Assembly (NCBI GenBank): GCA_902384455.1
Contig: CABMCB010000013.1
Span: forward strand, 1-15,474
Source: an uncultured archaeon
GTDB taxonomy: Archaea > Altiarchaeota > Altiarchaeia > IMC4 > SCGC-AAA252-I15
Length of the DNA: 15,474 bases
Reading direction: 5' to 3'
The notes beneath the pieces were generated by a model that saw only the letters and a list, made by a program, of their open reading frames with translations, was not told where the DNA came from and searched no databases. Position 1 is the stretch's first letter; every line of letters begins with the position of its first letter. The position numbers and the translations under genes were made by a program. Of this stretch, positions 14,761 through 15,474 are shown one piece after another.

Positions 14761-15474
14761 TCACCTGTTATTTTGCCGGCATGCCGGATTAATCACGGTT
14801 GAATTGCCGCCGCTTTTTGGACGGGCGTCTGTGTACACCGTTAGAACGCCGATTTCAGCGTGCGGCAATTTCTCGAGGGCGCCGTATTTTTTTGGGTTAG
14901 TAGATACCACGACATACCGTATACTACTGTTGACGTCATTGTAGCATTTAGGCGAAATACCATTTCGACCCAAAAAATAGCTGAACATGACCTTCGGCCC
15001 CGTGTCTATTTTAGCGTCGTGCGTTATCCTAAACGAACGCCCAGCCGAATCCGAAAGAACGTACGAAACCACGCGCAACTGCGTCCCTAAGGAAGCCCCA
15101 AAATCACCAAACGCCCCACCTTGCTCAGCTAAGTATGAGAAGACGTTATCTAGAAACAACGCCTGAGAAACAAAAAGAAGAACCACAAGGAGGCCGACGG
15201 CGATTGCGCCGTTTCGTTTGAAATGTGTTGCAAGTGCGTCAAGGAAAAATCCTGTCAGCAAAAGCATTGAGGGGAACATGACGGAGTAGTAATGGGGGAA
15301 ACGGCCTCCGCCGTGGAGTAGGATGGCGGTAGTGGGGGCTAAAAACCACGTTAGGGTTATGAGTAGGCCGTGTTTGGTGTCTGATGTTGTGTTTGATTGT
15401 TTTTGGGTTTTTAGTGTGTAGGTGAGAGCGTAGATTGTTGAGATGAGTAGGAGTATTGATACGGTTTCGTACGC
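14761..15474 (-). CDS. GT-C (ArnT/PMT-like) membrane glycosyltransferase, 5'-partial
   Basis: The frame of the 14761..15279 ORF stays open to the window edge (AYETVSILLLISTIYAL...LLITLTWFLAPTTAILLHGGGRFPHYYSVMFPSMLLLTG). It has multiple TM helices, a HY..P motif and a C-terminal soluble domain, and ends 4 nt before the next gene. Confidence 0.7.
   Translation of the reverse strand, partial: AYETVSILLLISTIYALTYTLKTQKQSNTTSDTKHGLLITLTWFLAPTTAILLHGGGRFPHYYSVMFPSMLLLTGFFLDALATHFKRNGAIAVGLLVVLLFVSQALFLDNVFSYLAEQGGAFGDFGASLGTQLRVVSYVLSDSAGRSFRITHDAKIDTGPKVMFSYFLGRNGISPKCYNDVNSSIRYVVVSTNPKKYGALEKLPHAEIGVLTVYTDARPKSGGNSTVINPACRQNNR

Noticed and set aside
2750-15280. A shared sequence motif at skew switch points (CTTGA at 2750 and 4088; CATG at 12829 and 15277; GAGGCCG at 4081 and 15190)
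   Set aside because: Each short word fits only two of the sites and is common elsewhere, so it cannot be supported without genome-wide statistics.

Overview
Gene-dense archaeal window. The archaeal-type PheRS alpha subunit, HerA, DUF99, translin/TRAX and GQ-type class III signal peptides point to an archaeon, most plausibly a DPANN lineage such as Ca. Altiarchaeota (inference). Minus-strand block from the left edge: a secreted, membrane-anchored Cys-rich protein cut by the window edge and missing from the ORF track, then pheS, a HerA-family ATPase, a GT2-like glycosyltransferase and a HEAT-repeat + nucleotidyltransferase fusion. Next come DUF99, translin and DUF362 (+), a UbiA-family polyprenyl-phosphate phosphoribosyltransferase-like gene (-), a small wHTH protein (+) and a small PC4-like protein (-). 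The window ends with three type IV pilin-like genes (+), a membrane protein with two repeated Cys-motif domains (-) and the 3' part of a GT-C-like glycosyltransferase (-). No rRNA, tRNA, CRISPR array, transposase or integrase was seen. Most notable: (1) kb-scale switches of synonymous base usage from A/C to G/T on the + strand, which occur sharply inside genes regardless of gene orientation; (2) the HEAT-NTase fusion gene, bracketed by an exact 15-bp direct repeat; (3) an apparently catalytically dead PLC/S1-P1-like surface protein; (4) a pilin carrying a CBM-like insert. All family calls are by-eye motif recognition; no database search was run.
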